Below are positions 55,067 through 64,000 of a DNA stretch of 64,000 bases, piece after piece. Origin of the DNA: Rickettsia typhi (lineage in GTDB: Bacteria; Pseudomonadota; Alphaproteobacteria; Rickettsiales; Deianiraeaceae); NCBI GenBank assembly GCA_945861725.1, contig CAMAVJ010000004.1, positions 30,721 to 94,720 on the forward strand, written 5' to 3'. Below the pieces are notes generated by a model. It was not told the DNA's origin. It ran no database searches and saw nothing but the letters and a program-made list of their open reading frames with translations. Each line of letters starts with the position of its first letter. Position 1 is the first letter of the stretch. The position numbers and the translations under genes are program-made.

Positions 55067-57070
55067 ATGTTGCGAAAAATTATTTTCCCTGCGATTATCA
55101 TGCTTGCAACATTTGGCAATGCTTATTCAGACTTTAGCCCAACTAATTCATTTATTGATCCCGCGTGTCTTGCAAGGCAGAATACTACCTCCACTGGGGC
55201 GACTACCATCACCAATAAACGACTTTCTGCTCCAACATTTTTCGAATTAAGAATCGAAATTCAGAAAAACCTTACAAACTTCCTTACAACAAGAATTATT
55301 TCTCACGATCTTTCATCATCTGGAGGTGGAAAGTCGTGTCCAAACCCTTTTACAAATTCCAATTGTAGCATTACGGGTTTTAACAACACCGATGGCACCG
55401 CCATTACAATCGATCAACTCTACCAATTCGTTGTTTATGGAACACTGTATAGATACATCGCCGCAGATGTTCTTGATGGTAACACACTTGAAACATTGCG
55501 GACTGAATTTTCAAAGGGTTATATCGACCCCCAATCCCCAGGATACGATGTCACATTCGCACAAAATGCAAGTCAAACATTTGATGCCAAACTTAAATCT
55601 ATTGTAGGAAGCCTTGGATTGACGGACGGGATAAACTCTTTGAATAATAAATCAACTGCGGATATTACTACTCTTGTCGACACAGCATCCACAAAGATCG
55701 CCGAATCGATGTCTTCTGATGCCTTGTTTTTACAGAAATTTGGATACTCCTCCCTTGTTGCGTTTCCAATAACTTCCCGTTTGATGGAGTGCCTCGATGG
55801 AACGTTTAGTAATCTTTTTATGAGAGATATCGCTGGTATCAAACAAACGCCTTTCAGAATCGCACAAGATTACTTCAAGCCCGTCGTAATTCTTGCGTTA
55901 ATACTGTACTTCATTGCTTATGGTTATAAAATAATGATGGCACACGGAATGGGTAAGCAATCCGAAATGTTTATGTTTGCCATTAAATTTGGTTTAGTTT
56001 TTTATTTTTCCATCGGTGAGGGGTGGAAAGAAATTGGATTTAACTTTCTAAAGTCAATTCCTGCAACCGTTTCGCAAATTATGTTTGAAGCTCTGCCAAG
56101 TTCTGAAGATGGCTGCTCTGTGTATACACCGCAGCTTTATCCTTCCGGTAAAGGTATTTTATCATTCTTTGATACTATCGATTGTAAATACGCAAATTAC
56201 ATCGGTTTACCTTCTGGTAAATCAATTCCAGCGATTTTTTCACTAATAACATTCCCGATGTTAATTCCAATTCCAATGGTGGGGTTAATTATCTCAATCC
56301 TTTCAATTGTATATCTTTCATTGGTAACTTATGGAATTTTAGCGGGAATAGAGATTTATATATCATCAATAGTATTTTTAACATTTTACCTATTTCTTTC
56401 GCCCATCATCGTTCCCATGGCTTTATTCGAAAAAACTAGTGGTATATTCACAACATTTCAAGGAAAAATTGTCGGGTGCGTCGTGCAAGGAGTAATGGCA
56501 ATTGTTCTTATTGTAACAACCATAGCATTGATGGATGGAATAATATATGGAAAAGACCCCGTGGGCAATCAACTATTTGTTCCACCAACTCAGTCATATG
56601 TTAATGGAATTCCTCAGCCAAAAATAATGAGTAAAGACTGTTACCCGAATAGCACAGTTGGCGTTGCCTCAAGTGGTGGTGCCACTCTTGGTAAACTAAG
56701 TGTAGTTCCTATGGCGTGTCATCTTGCAAAAATTGCGAATGAGGGCGTTACTTGGATTGGGTTTCCAATTCCTTATATTTTTACATTTTTTGAGTTACCG
56801 GCACCCGGAGTTGGTCTTGCTACTTTACTAATTCCCCTCATACTTCCCGCAATTATAACTGTTATAATGTTGTTTATAATAAATACTGTTATGAGTCAAA
56901 CAAAGGCTATGATCGATAAAATTAGTAATGCAGAAAATATGGGCTCCTTTGGTGCGGCAAAATATAGTGGTGCAGCTGCTTTGATTGAGGGAGGGAAAAA
57001 AGTTGCTGGCGAAGGAAAACAAGCTTATGATGATGTAATGAAGGCATTTAGCTCAGATAAACCGAAATAG
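55067..57070 (+). CDS. TrbL/VirB6-like type IV secretion inner-membrane protein (putative), solitary
   Basis: 667 aa. It has a signal peptide (..TFGNAYS), a soluble region of about 250 aa, at least 6 TM segments including FKPVVILALILYFIAYGYKIMMAHGMG, and a hydrophilic tail. The architecture matches long Rickettsiales-type VirB6 paralogues. This is a by-eye call only. Confidence 0.45.
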   Translation: MLRKIIFPAIIMLATFGNAYSDFSPTNSFIDPACLARQNTTSTGATTITNKRLSAPTFFELRIEIQKNLTNFLTTRIISHDLSSSGGGKSCPNPFTNSNCSITGFNNTDGTAITIDQLYQFVVYGTLYRYIAADVLDGNTLETLRTEFSKGYIDPQSPGYDVTFAQNASQTFDAKLKSIVGSLGLTDGINSLNNKSTADITTLVDTASTKIAESMSSDALFLQKFGYSSLVAFPITSRLMECLDGTFSNLFMRDIAGIKQTPFRIAQDYFKPVVILALILYFIAYGYKIMMAHGMGKQSEMFMFAIKFGLVFYFSIGEGWKEIGFNFLKSIPATVSQIMFEALPSSEDGCSVYTPQLYPSGKGILSFFDTIDCKYANYIGLPSGKSIPAIFSLITFPMLIPIPMVGLIISILSIVYLSLVTYGILAGIEIYISSIVFLTFYLFLSPIIVPMALFEKTSGIFTTFQGKIVGCVVQGVMAIVLIVTTIALMDGIIYGKDPVGNQLFVPPTQSYVNGIPQPKIMSKDCYPNSTVGVASSGGATLGKLSVVPMACHLAKIANEGVTWIGFPIPYIFTFFELPAPGVGLATLLIPLILPAIITVIMLFIINTVMSQTKAMIDKISNAENMGSFGAAKYSGAAALIEGGKKVAGEGKQAYDDVMKAFSSDKPK

Positions 57071-57077
57071 TAATAGA

Positions 57078-57590
57078 ATGATTAATATGAAAGAATTTAT
57101 TTACTTTGGAAGAATCTCAAAAACTCACGGCGTTATTGGGCACTTTGTTATCAATGCAAGTACATTTGAAAATGCACAGGAATATATCCTCAATTTATTC
57201 ACGAATAAAGGCGGAGATGATGTATTTGAAGAATTTTCCATCGAATTAAGAGGTGTTTTAAACGATAACAACTTGATTGTAAAAAAGTCGCAATGTAATA
57301 CGCTTGAGGCGGCAAAAGCTTTGGTTGGAACTAAAGTTTTTGTTCCAAGAAGCGTTTTACCTCCGTTAGAACAAGGAGAGTTTTACCCATGTGATATCGT
57401 TTCTTTTCAAGTTTTTGATGAAAATGCTAATTTTGCTGGAACGGTGATTGATGTTGTTGATTTTGGCTCTGGAGCTTCAATTGAAGTTCGCAACCCAAAA
57501 GAAAAGCTTGAATATTATCTTATTGATGTTTATACAAAAATAGATTTTGAAAATGAAACTGTCTCAATAATTTTGCCAAAATATGTCTAG
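57078..57590 (+). CDS. rimM: 16S rRNA processing protein RimM
   Basis: 170 aa. It has FGRISKTHGVIGHFVI and a PRC-barrel C-terminus, with FYPCDIVSFQVFDENANFAGTVIDVVDFGSG. Confidence 0.8.
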   Translation: MINMKEFIYFGRISKTHGVIGHFVINASTFENAQEYILNLFTNKGGDDVFEEFSIELRGVLNDNNLIVKKSQCNTLEAAKALVGTKVFVPRSVLPPLEQGEFYPCDIVSFQVFDENANFAGTVIDVVDFGSGASIEVRNPKEKLEYYLIDVYTKIDFENETVSIILPKYV

Positions 57591-58404
57591 CACCAGCAAA
57601 CTTCCTCAATTTATCAAACAACCTCTCTCGTTTCTGTTTTACACAGTAATTCTTGTTGTAATGATGATGTTTGTCTATGACTTTCTAACGAGACATTTTC
57701 CTGAAATACTATTGAATAATAATGTTTCTGCTAAAAAAAATATAGCATTGCCAGGTGGTATCATTACATTGGAAAATTCTGAAATTCCTTCTTTGCAAGA
57801 AAGGGTAAGAGCAAATGAAGAGGAGATTATATTACTTCGTTCCGCCCTTGCAAATATCAATAAAAATGCAGTCAATTCTGAAAGGTATGCAAAATTTTTC
57901 TTAATTGTTTCAAATTTGAACGAAATGATTAAAGGCAATAATGAAATTGATATTTCCCTTGAGATTTATGCGTTGAAGAGTTTTGCCACCAATGATGAAA
58001 AGCTTTCAAAAATTATTACTGATATTTCCGATATTAAAACCGTTTATGGAGTGCAATACTTTAACCAAAACTTCAGCAGAGTTGTGAGGAAGATTATGAA
58101 GAAATATTATGAAAACAAGGAGGACCATCCATTTATTGTGTATATAAAAAGTCATGTTATGCCGTATTTTGCCTACATTTCACCAGAAGGAAGTCGTATA
58201 TCTTCAATATTACACCAAGCTCATCAACAACTTGAGGCACAGAATATGGAAGGATTTTATAAGCTTCTACTTGAAGTTTCGAACAAAGATGCAAACGATA
58301 GCATAATTTTCAAAGATTTTATGCAAAAGCTCGAACGACACGTACGCGTTGCTTCAGCAATCGATTCTTCAAAAAAGTACGTTGAAACAATGCTAATTGC
58401 GTAA
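57583..58404 (+). CDS. N-terminally membrane-anchored coiled-coil protein, unknown function
   Basis: 273 aa with one TM segment (LSFLFYTVILVVMMMFVY) followed by a predicted helical region. It overlaps the rimM stop by 8 nt. Confidence 0.5.
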   Translation: MSSTSKLPQFIKQPLSFLFYTVILVVMMMFVYDFLTRHFPEILLNNNVSAKKNIALPGGIITLENSEIPSLQERVRANEEEIILLRSALANINKNAVNSERYAKFFLIVSNLNEMIKGNNEIDISLEIYALKSFATNDEKLSKIITDISDIKTVYGVQYFNQNFSRVVRKIMKKYYENKEDHPFIVYIKSHVMPYFAYISPEGSRISSILHQAHQQLEAQNMEGFYKLLLEVSNKDANDSIIFKDFMQKLERHVRVASAIDSSKKYVETMLIA

Positions 58405-58406
58405 CT

Positions 58407-59276
58407 TTAGCAATGAATTTTACCCTCAAAAAAAGCGGAATTTGTCAATTCTACTGTTTTATCCTTCAATATAACTTTCATTGGCGTAGATTCGTTTGAT
58501 TTACCATAAATAAATGAGCCCGCCATTGTTATTTCAATCGGTTTAGATTTATCCGCAAGACCATTTTTTGCACAAGCAAATGCAACGGCACACGCTCCCG
58601 TTCCACAGGCAAAAGTTCTACCGGCACCTCGTTCCCAAACGAAGCAGTCGAATTTATTTTCGCCAGTTTGCGTCACAAACTCAACATTTGTGCGATTTGG
58701 AAATATTGATGTTAGGTTTTCGATTTGACTTCCAGCTTTTGAGAATGTTTCAGTTCGATCTGAATAATGTAACTTGTTCAATGGTCTGAATGGATTTGTG
58801 GCGTACACTAGAACACAATGTGGATTTCCAACGGAAATGTTATCTATATGTCGTCCAGCCAGTAAGCCGTAAATTTCATCTTTTTGCTCTTCACTCAATC
58901 CCAAATCATGAGGCATATCAAGTTCAATTGTTGCTTGGCTTCCATCAACTTTTACATTGACAATTTGTACATCAGTTTCAAGCGTAATTTCATTTTTACC
59001 TAAAAACTTGGAAGAATAGACTGACGAAGCAATAGTTCCATTTCCGCAAGCCTCCGCACGAGAACCATCCGCGTTGTAAAAAACGATTTTACAGTCCGCA
59101 CTATGCGATTTTTCCATTACGATAAATTGATCACAACCAATTCGGCGACGATCAGATTTTTTCATAATAAAATCGAGAAATTTGTGAGTTTGTGCAAATG
59201 TATAATTTTCTGGGTAATTTATGCAATCAAAAATTAGGAAATCATTGCCAAGGGCTTGATATTTATGAATGATCAT
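58407..59276 (-). CDS. dapF: Diaminopimelate epimerase
   Basis: 289 aa. It has KYQALGNDFLIFD and the two catalytic Cys contexts EACGNG and ACGTGA. Confidence 0.9.
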   Translation of the reverse strand: MIIHKYQALGNDFLIFDCINYPENYTFAQTHKFLDFIMKKSDRRRIGCDQFIVMEKSHSADCKIVFYNADGSRAEACGNGTIASSVYSSKFLGKNEITLETDVQIVNVKVDGSQATIELDMPHDLGLSEEQKDEIYGLLAGRHIDNISVGNPHCVLVYATNPFRPLNKLHYSDRTETFSKAGSQIENLTSIFPNRTNVEFVTQTGENKFDCFVWERGAGRTFACGTGACAVAFACAKNGLADKSKPIEITMAGSFIYGKSNESTPMKVILKDKTVELTNSAFFEGKIHC

Positions 59277-59775
59277 AGCTAATTTTGTTTTTGAGATGAA
59301 TCATTGAATCCAGAGTCTGCATAGCCTTCAAACCAAGATTTTTACCATTAGATGAAATACGCTCAACGACATCTTTTTCCGTATATGCCGTAACAATACC
59401 ATTTGCAATTGGTGTGCTGGATTTTAAAGCAAGTTTAGAAATTCCACGCATTGCGGTGTGGCAGACATGGTCAAAATGTGAAGTCTCACCTTGAATTATG
59501 CAACCAAGCGCAAGAATTCCTGAATATTGTTTTTTTTCTAGCAACCATTTTATAGCTTGTGGAATTTCCATTGCTCCAGAAACTTTTGCAATAGCGACTT
59601 CTGAATATATTGAATTGAAGTTGTGTGGAAGAATGTTTTGCACAAAGTCTTTTTTTTGAATTTCGCTAAATTCATTGGGCGTTAATGGTAAATTTGGGAA
59701 AAAGAAAAGTGCATTTCTCAAAAGCTCTTCCTCAAAATTTCCGTAAAAAGAAGAGTAAACAATCGCGATTTTCAT
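59263..59775 (-). CDS. ribH: 6,7-dimethyl-8-ribityllumazine synthase
   Basis: It has KIAIVYSSFY, VSGAMEIPQA, ALGCIIQGETSHFDHVCH and PIANGIVT. The start is set at the internal MKIAIV. Confidence 0.85.
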   Translation of the reverse strand: MKIAIVYSSFYGNFEEELLRNALFFFPNLPLTPNEFSEIQKKDFVQNILPHNFNSIYSEVAIAKVSGAMEIPQAIKWLLEKKQYSGILALGCIIQGETSHFDHVCHTAMRGISKLALKSSTPIANGIVTAYTEKDVVERISSNGKNLGLKAMQTLDSMIHLKNKISYDHS

Positions 59776-59786
59776 ATATTGATGAA

Positions 59787-60638
59787 TTAGTGGTGAGATA
59801 TTGCGTCGTTGATATATATACATGTCAACATAGAAAATATGTATGCCTGTAAGCCTGCAACAAAGAATTCAAAACCAACTAACGCACTGTTGAATAGTAC
59901 GGGAATTAGTCCAAATGCACCCATTGATGCGACAAATCCTGCGATGACTTTCATCATTGTATGACCAGCAACCATATTGACAGCAAGACGCACAGCAAGT
60001 GTGACTGGGCGGGCAAGATATGCAAAGAATTCAATGACAAACATTAACGGTGCAAATGCCTTTGGAACTCCGCTTGGGACTAACGCCTTAAAGAAGCCAA
60101 TTGGTCCGTGTTTTATTATTCCAATTATGACATTCATCAGAAATATTATTCCAGCAAGCGTTGCCGTTACTGCGATATGGCTTGTGATCGTAAATGCATA
60201 AGGAAAGAGACCAAACGCATTTGCGGCGAATATGAAGAAAAAGAGTGAAAAGATGAATGGAGTAAATTTGTCTCCACCTGATGGTATTCCGTTTGTAATA
60301 AGAGAACGAACAAAATTATACATAACTTCCGCTGTTGACTGCTTTTTATTTGGAATAATACTTAATTTTGAAACAAGAAACGATAGAATGGCTATCAACA
60401 GAAGTGTGATGCCAAACATTGTGAGAACGGAGTTCGTGACTGAAATATCAACGCCAAAGATTTTCCATTCAAGATTGCCAACGGTTTGGATCTCAAACTG
60501 ATGCATAGGGTCGCGGTCGTTATGAGAGTTGTGTATTTCAAATTCGTGGTGCACATCGTGCGATACAGTCTGCGTTCCAGATTCTAAAATGTTGCTGGCA
60601 ATGTTTTCAGTCGCAAGAATATTTGAATTTTCAGACAT
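59787..60638 (-). CDS. atpB: ATP synthase F0 subunit a
   Basis: 283 aa with RPVTLAVRLAVNMVAGHTMM (essential Arg helix). It has an N-terminal extension of about 45 aa containing several His. No atpE or atpF gene is adjacent. Confidence 0.9.
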   Translation of the reverse strand: MSENSNILATENIASNILESGTQTVSHDVHHEFEIHNSHNDRDPMHQFEIQTVGNLEWKIFGVDISVTNSVLTMFGITLLLIAILSFLVSKLSIIPNKKQSTAEVMYNFVRSLITNGIPSGGDKFTPFIFSLFFFIFAANAFGLFPYAFTITSHIAVTATLAGIIFLMNVIIGIIKHGPIGFFKALVPSGVPKAFAPLMFVIEFFAYLARPVTLAVRLAVNMVAGHTMMKVIAGFVASMGAFGLIPVLFNSALVGFEFFVAGLQAYIFSMLTCIYINDAISHH

Positions 60639-60641
60639 ACT

Positions 60642-60827
60642 CTAGCTTTCTATAACTTCGTATTTAATTAAGTGAGCAACTTTGCCAATAAGACCTTCGG
60701 AAGCTGGGAGTTTTTGTATCACAGATTTTGAACCGATTTTTTTAAGACCAAGGGATTTAAGGTGTTCTCTAACTTTTTGACGAAGACCAATTGCGCTTTT
60801 AATTTGTGTTATGTGGTAAGTTGCCAT
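60642..60827 (-). CDS. rpmD: 50S ribosomal protein L30
   Basis: 61 aa. It has ITQIKSAIGLRQKVREHLKSLGLKKIGS. Confidence 0.85.
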   Translation of the reverse strand: MATYHITQIKSAIGLRQKVREHLKSLGLKKIGSKSVIQKLPASEGLIGKVAHLIKYEVIES

Positions 60828-60853
60828 AAATATATTATCGTGAAATTTTCACC

Positions 60854-60881
60854 ATTTTCTTATCTGTTTTTAATTTGTCAA
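60854..60881 (-). promoter_or_regulatory. Promoter candidate for rpmD-atpB
   Basis: Minus-strand TTGACA-N16-GAAAAT, 27 nt before the rpmD ATG. Confidence 0.4.
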
Positions 60882-61034
60882 GGGAAAGTTTCGTGAAATG
60901 TTCAAAGGGAAATGATAAAATAAAAAAAATAGTTTGTTCTACTGTAATAGAACGCGGTAGCAAAGTATTTTTAAAAAAAATTTAACCAAATTGGTGATAA
61001 GTTGTGAATTTTAGAATCAAGGGGAAAGTTTTTC

Positions 61035-61063
61035 TTGACATTTAAATTATCAGTTAATTATGT
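61035..61063 (+). promoter_or_regulatory. Promoter candidate for rplY
   Basis: TTGACA-N17-TTATGT, 29 nt before the preferred ATG. Confidence 0.4.
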
Positions 61064-61091
61064 TGTGGTGGTATATATATTTTTTTATAAA

Positions 61092-61670
61092 ATGATTTCG
61101 GTACAACCTAGGAATTTATTCGGAACTTTAAAGTCAAACGCATTAAGAAAAAATGCCCTCATTCCAAGTACAATCTACTCCAAAGAAGGTTCAGTTGTTC
61201 ATATTGCCCTTTCAGAAAAGGAATTCAAGAAATTAATTGAAAACTTTAGATTTTTAAACACAAAGCTTGAGTTATCTCTTGAAGGAAAAACATTCTCCGT
61301 TCTTCCAAGAACGATTGATTTTCACCCAATCACAGAAAGAATTCTTCACATTGAATTTAACGAGGTGCCTGCTGACGATTGTGTTGAGGTTCTAATTCCA
61401 CTTGATGTTATCAACCGTTCAAAATCTGTTGGTATCAAAGGTGGTGGAAAGTTAAATATCGGAGTTCACAACATTCTCGTTTCATGTAAAGCTTCAGAAA
61501 TTCCTGAAAAAATCATAGTTGATATTGAGAAATATGGCATTGGAAGAACAGTTTTTACAAGCTCACTTCCTGTAAATCCATCGTATTCATTCCCAAAAAA
61601 TACTTTTATTTTAAGTATTTTAGGTCGTGGTCGTAAAGACAAAGGTGATACATCAGAAGAAACAAAATAA
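61092..61670 (+). CDS. rplY: 50S ribosomal protein L25/Ctc
   Basis: It has GTLKSNALRKNALIPSTIYSKEG and VLPRTIDFHPITERILHIEF. The start is set at Met20 of the ORF track, because the TTG at 61035 is a -35 box. My base count may be off by 1 nt here. Confidence 0.8.
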   Translation: MISVQPRNLFGTLKSNALRKNALIPSTIYSKEGSVVHIALSEKEFKKLIENFRFLNTKLELSLEGKTFSVLPRTIDFHPITERILHIEFNEVPADDCVEVLIPLDVINRSKSVGIKGGGKLNIGVHNILVSCKASEIPEKIIVDIEKYGIGRTVFTSSLPVNPSYSFPKNTFILSILGRGRKDKGDTSEETK

Positions 61671-61688
61671 AATATTTTTTGCTGAAAT

Positions 61689-62276
61689 ATGCAGATAATC
61701 CATCGCGAACTTTCGCAAACCAAAGAACTTATCGAAACAATGCTTCGTGACAATAATTTTCAACAAAATATTTGCGACATAGCTATGCTATGTGTTGATA
61801 CACTCAAGAATGGCAATAAAATTATGTTTTGTGGGAATGGTGGTTCAGCTGCAGATTCACAACACCTTGCGGCGGAACTTGTTAGCCGTTTTAACTTTGA
61901 TAGACCGGGTCTTGCCGCCATTGCCTTAACTACTGATACATCAGCATTGACTGCTATTGGAAATGATTATGGATACGAGCGAGTTTTTTCACGCCAAGTT
62001 GAAGCAATTGGCAGGGCGGGAGATGTTATCTTTGGTTTTTCAACGTCTGGCAGAAGCAAAAATATTTTATTAGCATTCGAACAAGCAAAAAAAATGAATA
62101 TTAAAACCATTGGTATGCTTGGCATTGATGGTCGTGATATTGGTGAAATCTCGGATAAGCAGATAAATATTCCATCACATTATACACCAAAAATCCAAGA
62201 AGGACACATTTGTATTGGGCATATTATTTGTGGAGCAATTGAGGAAACGATGTTTGGTTCGCAGAAGTTAGGCTAA
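61689..62276 (+). CDS. gmhA: SIS-domain phosphoheptose isomerase (GmhA/DiaA family)
   Basis: 195 aa. It has CGNGGSAADSQHLAAELVSRF, ALTTDTSALTAIGNDYGY and GFSTSGRSKNIL. Confidence 0.85.
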   Translation: MQIIHRELSQTKELIETMLRDNNFQQNICDIAMLCVDTLKNGNKIMFCGNGGSAADSQHLAAELVSRFNFDRPGLAAIALTTDTSALTAIGNDYGYERVFSRQVEAIGRAGDVIFGFSTSGRSKNILLAFEQAKKMNIKTIGMLGIDGRDIGEISDKQINIPSHYTPKIQEGHICIGHIICGAIEETMFGSQKLG

Positions 62277-62632
62277 ATATGTCGCTGTAAATACGCAATT
62301 AGTTGTAAGACTTCATCTTGTGAATATTTTATATCTTGGAAGTTTATTTCTTTATCGTCAACACCTCGAACCAACTCTTTATTGACACCTTGATTTTCAC
62401 CTTCGTTAATGGGATTTTTTGCAGAGTCTGCACTATATTTTGTTTCGTAGACGATATTAATTAATGCAAGAAGGATGGCGAATTCATTGGAAATAACAGG
62501 ATTGGAGGAGATAATTGAATTCACAAGGATGTTGGTATCCTTGCAAATAGATTTCAATATCAGCAAATCTTCATTGGAATCGTATGGGATTTCGTATGCA
62601 GACTTGCCGATTGAAGTAGAGTATTGACTCAT
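62273..62632 (-). CDS. Small coiled-coil protein, possibly ZapA-like
   Basis: 119 aa. The pattern IGKSAYEIPYDSNEDLLILKSI...FAILLALINIVYE resembles the ZapA N-terminal domain. This is a weak call. Confidence 0.35.
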   Translation of the reverse strand: MSQYSTSIGKSAYEIPYDSNEDLLILKSICKDTNILVNSIISSNPVISNEFAILLALINIVYETKYSADSAKNPINEGENQGVNKELVRGVDDKEINFQDIKYSQDEVLQLIAYLQRHI

Positions 62633-63399
62633 TATTTTTTCATTTTCTCGTCAATTTTTGCCGCAAGTTGTTCGTATGTTATAAAACCACTAATCAACTC
62701 ATCGCCAATAATTAAAGCAGGTGTTCCAGAAACTTGTATTTCACGTGCAAAATTAAAGTTTGCAACAATTGAATCTGTAATTTCTGTCGTTTTTAATGAC
62801 GAAGCTTTTTCTCCATAAGAAAGTAAAATCGCATCAATTTCTTTAACATCTTTTAATTCAGACGCAAACAGTTTTGAGTGCAAATCAAGGAACTTTTCAG
62901 GGTGTTTTGCAAAAAATCCTGTAGCAACTTCAGCAGCATAAAGTGATGGTTCTCCACCAATTACTGGATAGTTTTTGATAATTAGACGAATTTTGCCTTT
63001 GTACTTGTCTTCGGACAAAATGCGTTTCATTTCATCATTTGCTTTTTTGCAATATCCACATTTGTAATCAATGTATTCAATGATTGTTATTTCTGGATTT
63101 GTAACATTACCAATTACTGGGTCAAGAGCTGTGTGTAACAAGTTACCTTTTTTGTCTTGAAGGTCAGATTTAATCAATTTTTTTGCTTTTTTTTCAGCAT
63201 CAGCTTGTGATTTTTTTTGGTCATACTCGATTACGCTTCTGATTTTTGTTGGACTTAAGAAAAAGCGTGCAACAGAAGGTGGTGCAAAATTTATTATTGA
63301 TGCATTAACCAAAATGGGAACGATAATCAGTGATGCCACCGATATTGCCATCCATTTTTTACCACATTTCTTTTTTTCAGTCATATTTACTTCTGTCAT
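62632..63399 (-). CDS. DsbA-family thiol:disulfide oxidoreductase (Com1/27-kDa OMP-like)
   Basis: 255 aa with an N-terminal TM/signal segment. The thioredoxin-fold active site is YKCGYCKK, and GTPALIIG is present. Confidence 0.8.
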   Translation of the reverse strand: MTEVNMTEKKKCGKKWMAISVASLIIVPILVNASIINFAPPSVARFFLSPTKIRSVIEYDQKKSQADAEKKAKKLIKSDLQDKKGNLLHTALDPVIGNVTNPEITIIEYIDYKCGYCKKANDEMKRILSEDKYKGKIRLIIKNYPVIGGEPSLYAAEVATGFFAKHPEKFLDLHSKLFASELKDVKEIDAILLSYGEKASSLKTTEITDSIVANFNFAREIQVSGTPALIIGDELISGFITYEQLAAKIDEKMKK

Positions 63400-63414
63400 A
63401 TTGTATTATATTAA

Positions 63415-64000
63415 TTAATTGTTATCTCCAAAAATTGAAGCAAGTGTTGCTCCGCTGTCTGCACTGCCGTATTTATCAAGTAGGCGTTTTTTCTCATCTT
63501 CTTCATGGTCACGAATTGAAACTTGCAAGTTGCCAGATTCTTCATCAAACGCAACAACTTTTGCGTCAACTTTGTCTCCAACGGCAAATCGATTTGTGCG
63601 TTGTTCGGATTTGTCGTATGCAATGTGTGATTTCCTGATAGAAGTTTTAAATATATCAAGGATCGAAACAAAAATCTGAGTTTGGTCAATAGCGGTTATT
63701 GTACATGTAACAACTGCTCCAGCTTTTAATTGTGATTTGTACTTCTTGAATTCAGATTCTTGCATTTGTTTAACTCCAAGGGCAATTCTTTGTTTGTCAA
63801 CATCACCACCAATGTATGAAACGGAAATTCTATCACCCACTTTCATTTGCTGAAGTTCGGTTTCACCAGATGATGACCATGATATATCGGAAACATGGAG
63901 TAGACCATTAATGCCACCATCAACTGAGATAAATGCACCAAAATTCATAATGTTTGTAATCACACCTTCGAGTTTGTCACCAATTTGGTGTGAATCAACA
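63415..64000 (-). CDS. rpsA: 30S ribosomal protein S1, C-terminal part (N-terminus outside the window)
   Basis: It has S1-domain repeats (GVITNIMNFGAFISV..GLLHVSDISW; GAVVTCTITAID; GDKVDAKVVAFD). The frame stays open to base 64000. Confidence 0.88.
   Translation of the reverse strand, partial: VDSHQIGDKLEGVITNIMNFGAFISVDGGINGLLHVSDISWSSSGETELQQMKVGDRISVSYIGGDVDKQRIALGVKQMQESEFKKYKSQLKAGAVVTCTITAIDQTQIFVSILDIFKTSIRKSHIAYDKSEQRTNRFAVGDKVDAKVVAFDEESGNLQVSIRDHEEDEKKRLLDKYGSADSGATLASIFGDNN

Noticed and set aside
61035-61091. The TTG start of the rplY ORF track, and similarly 39895 for cyoA, 49364 for carbonic anhydrase and 33012 for the EamA transporter.
   Set aside because: The TTG at 61035 is the first three bases of a TTGACA -35 box. 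Predicted promoters fall at or downstream of the cyoA and carbonic anhydrase upstream starts, and the upstream EamA extension is antisense to thiL. Downstream ATGs give N-termini that match family expectations.

Overview
This is an AT-rich, very compact bacterial chromosome segment. Hand-counted housekeeping lines are about 30% GC. The code is standard: TGA is used as a stop and conserved genes are full length. I call about 72 protein genes and 2 tRNAs, tRNA-Arg(ACG) and tRNA-Asp(GTC). I saw no rRNA, CRISPR array, transposase, integrase or phage genes. The gene content looks proteobacterial and probably host-associated: cyoABCD, tuf, groESL, gltA, tkt, fabF/acpP, leuA, an acetolactate synthase large subunit, ubiG, ispE, dapF, ddl, coaBC and a TrbL/VirB6-like protein. 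Conserved operons are scrambled and several complex subunits stand alone. Three things stand out. (1) A six-gene chaperone-usher-like surface-fibre locus lies at 19.3-25.5 kb. It has three mosaic paralogous DUF4402-like secreted subunits, a PapD-like chaperone, a 960-980 aa usher-like protein with C-terminal Ig-like domains, and a translationally coupled lipoprotein. (2) The type-2 isoleucyl-tRNA synthetase (1717-4866) carries a complete RimJ/RimL-like GNAT acetyltransferase domain inserted in frame in its editing-domain region. It also has a second insertion of about 80-90 aa and no C-terminal domain. It sits in a chain of overlapping stop/start codons between a free-standing GNAT and a stand-alone Mfd N-terminal module. 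(3) Several GC-enriched orphan ORFs resemble nothing I recognise, and the window also contains a VirB6-like gene. One (550 aa) has a central hydrophobic hairpin, one is Cys-rich and tail-anchored, and one is a His/Arg/Ser-rich lipoprotein. All family assignments are by-eye motif recognition; no searches were run.
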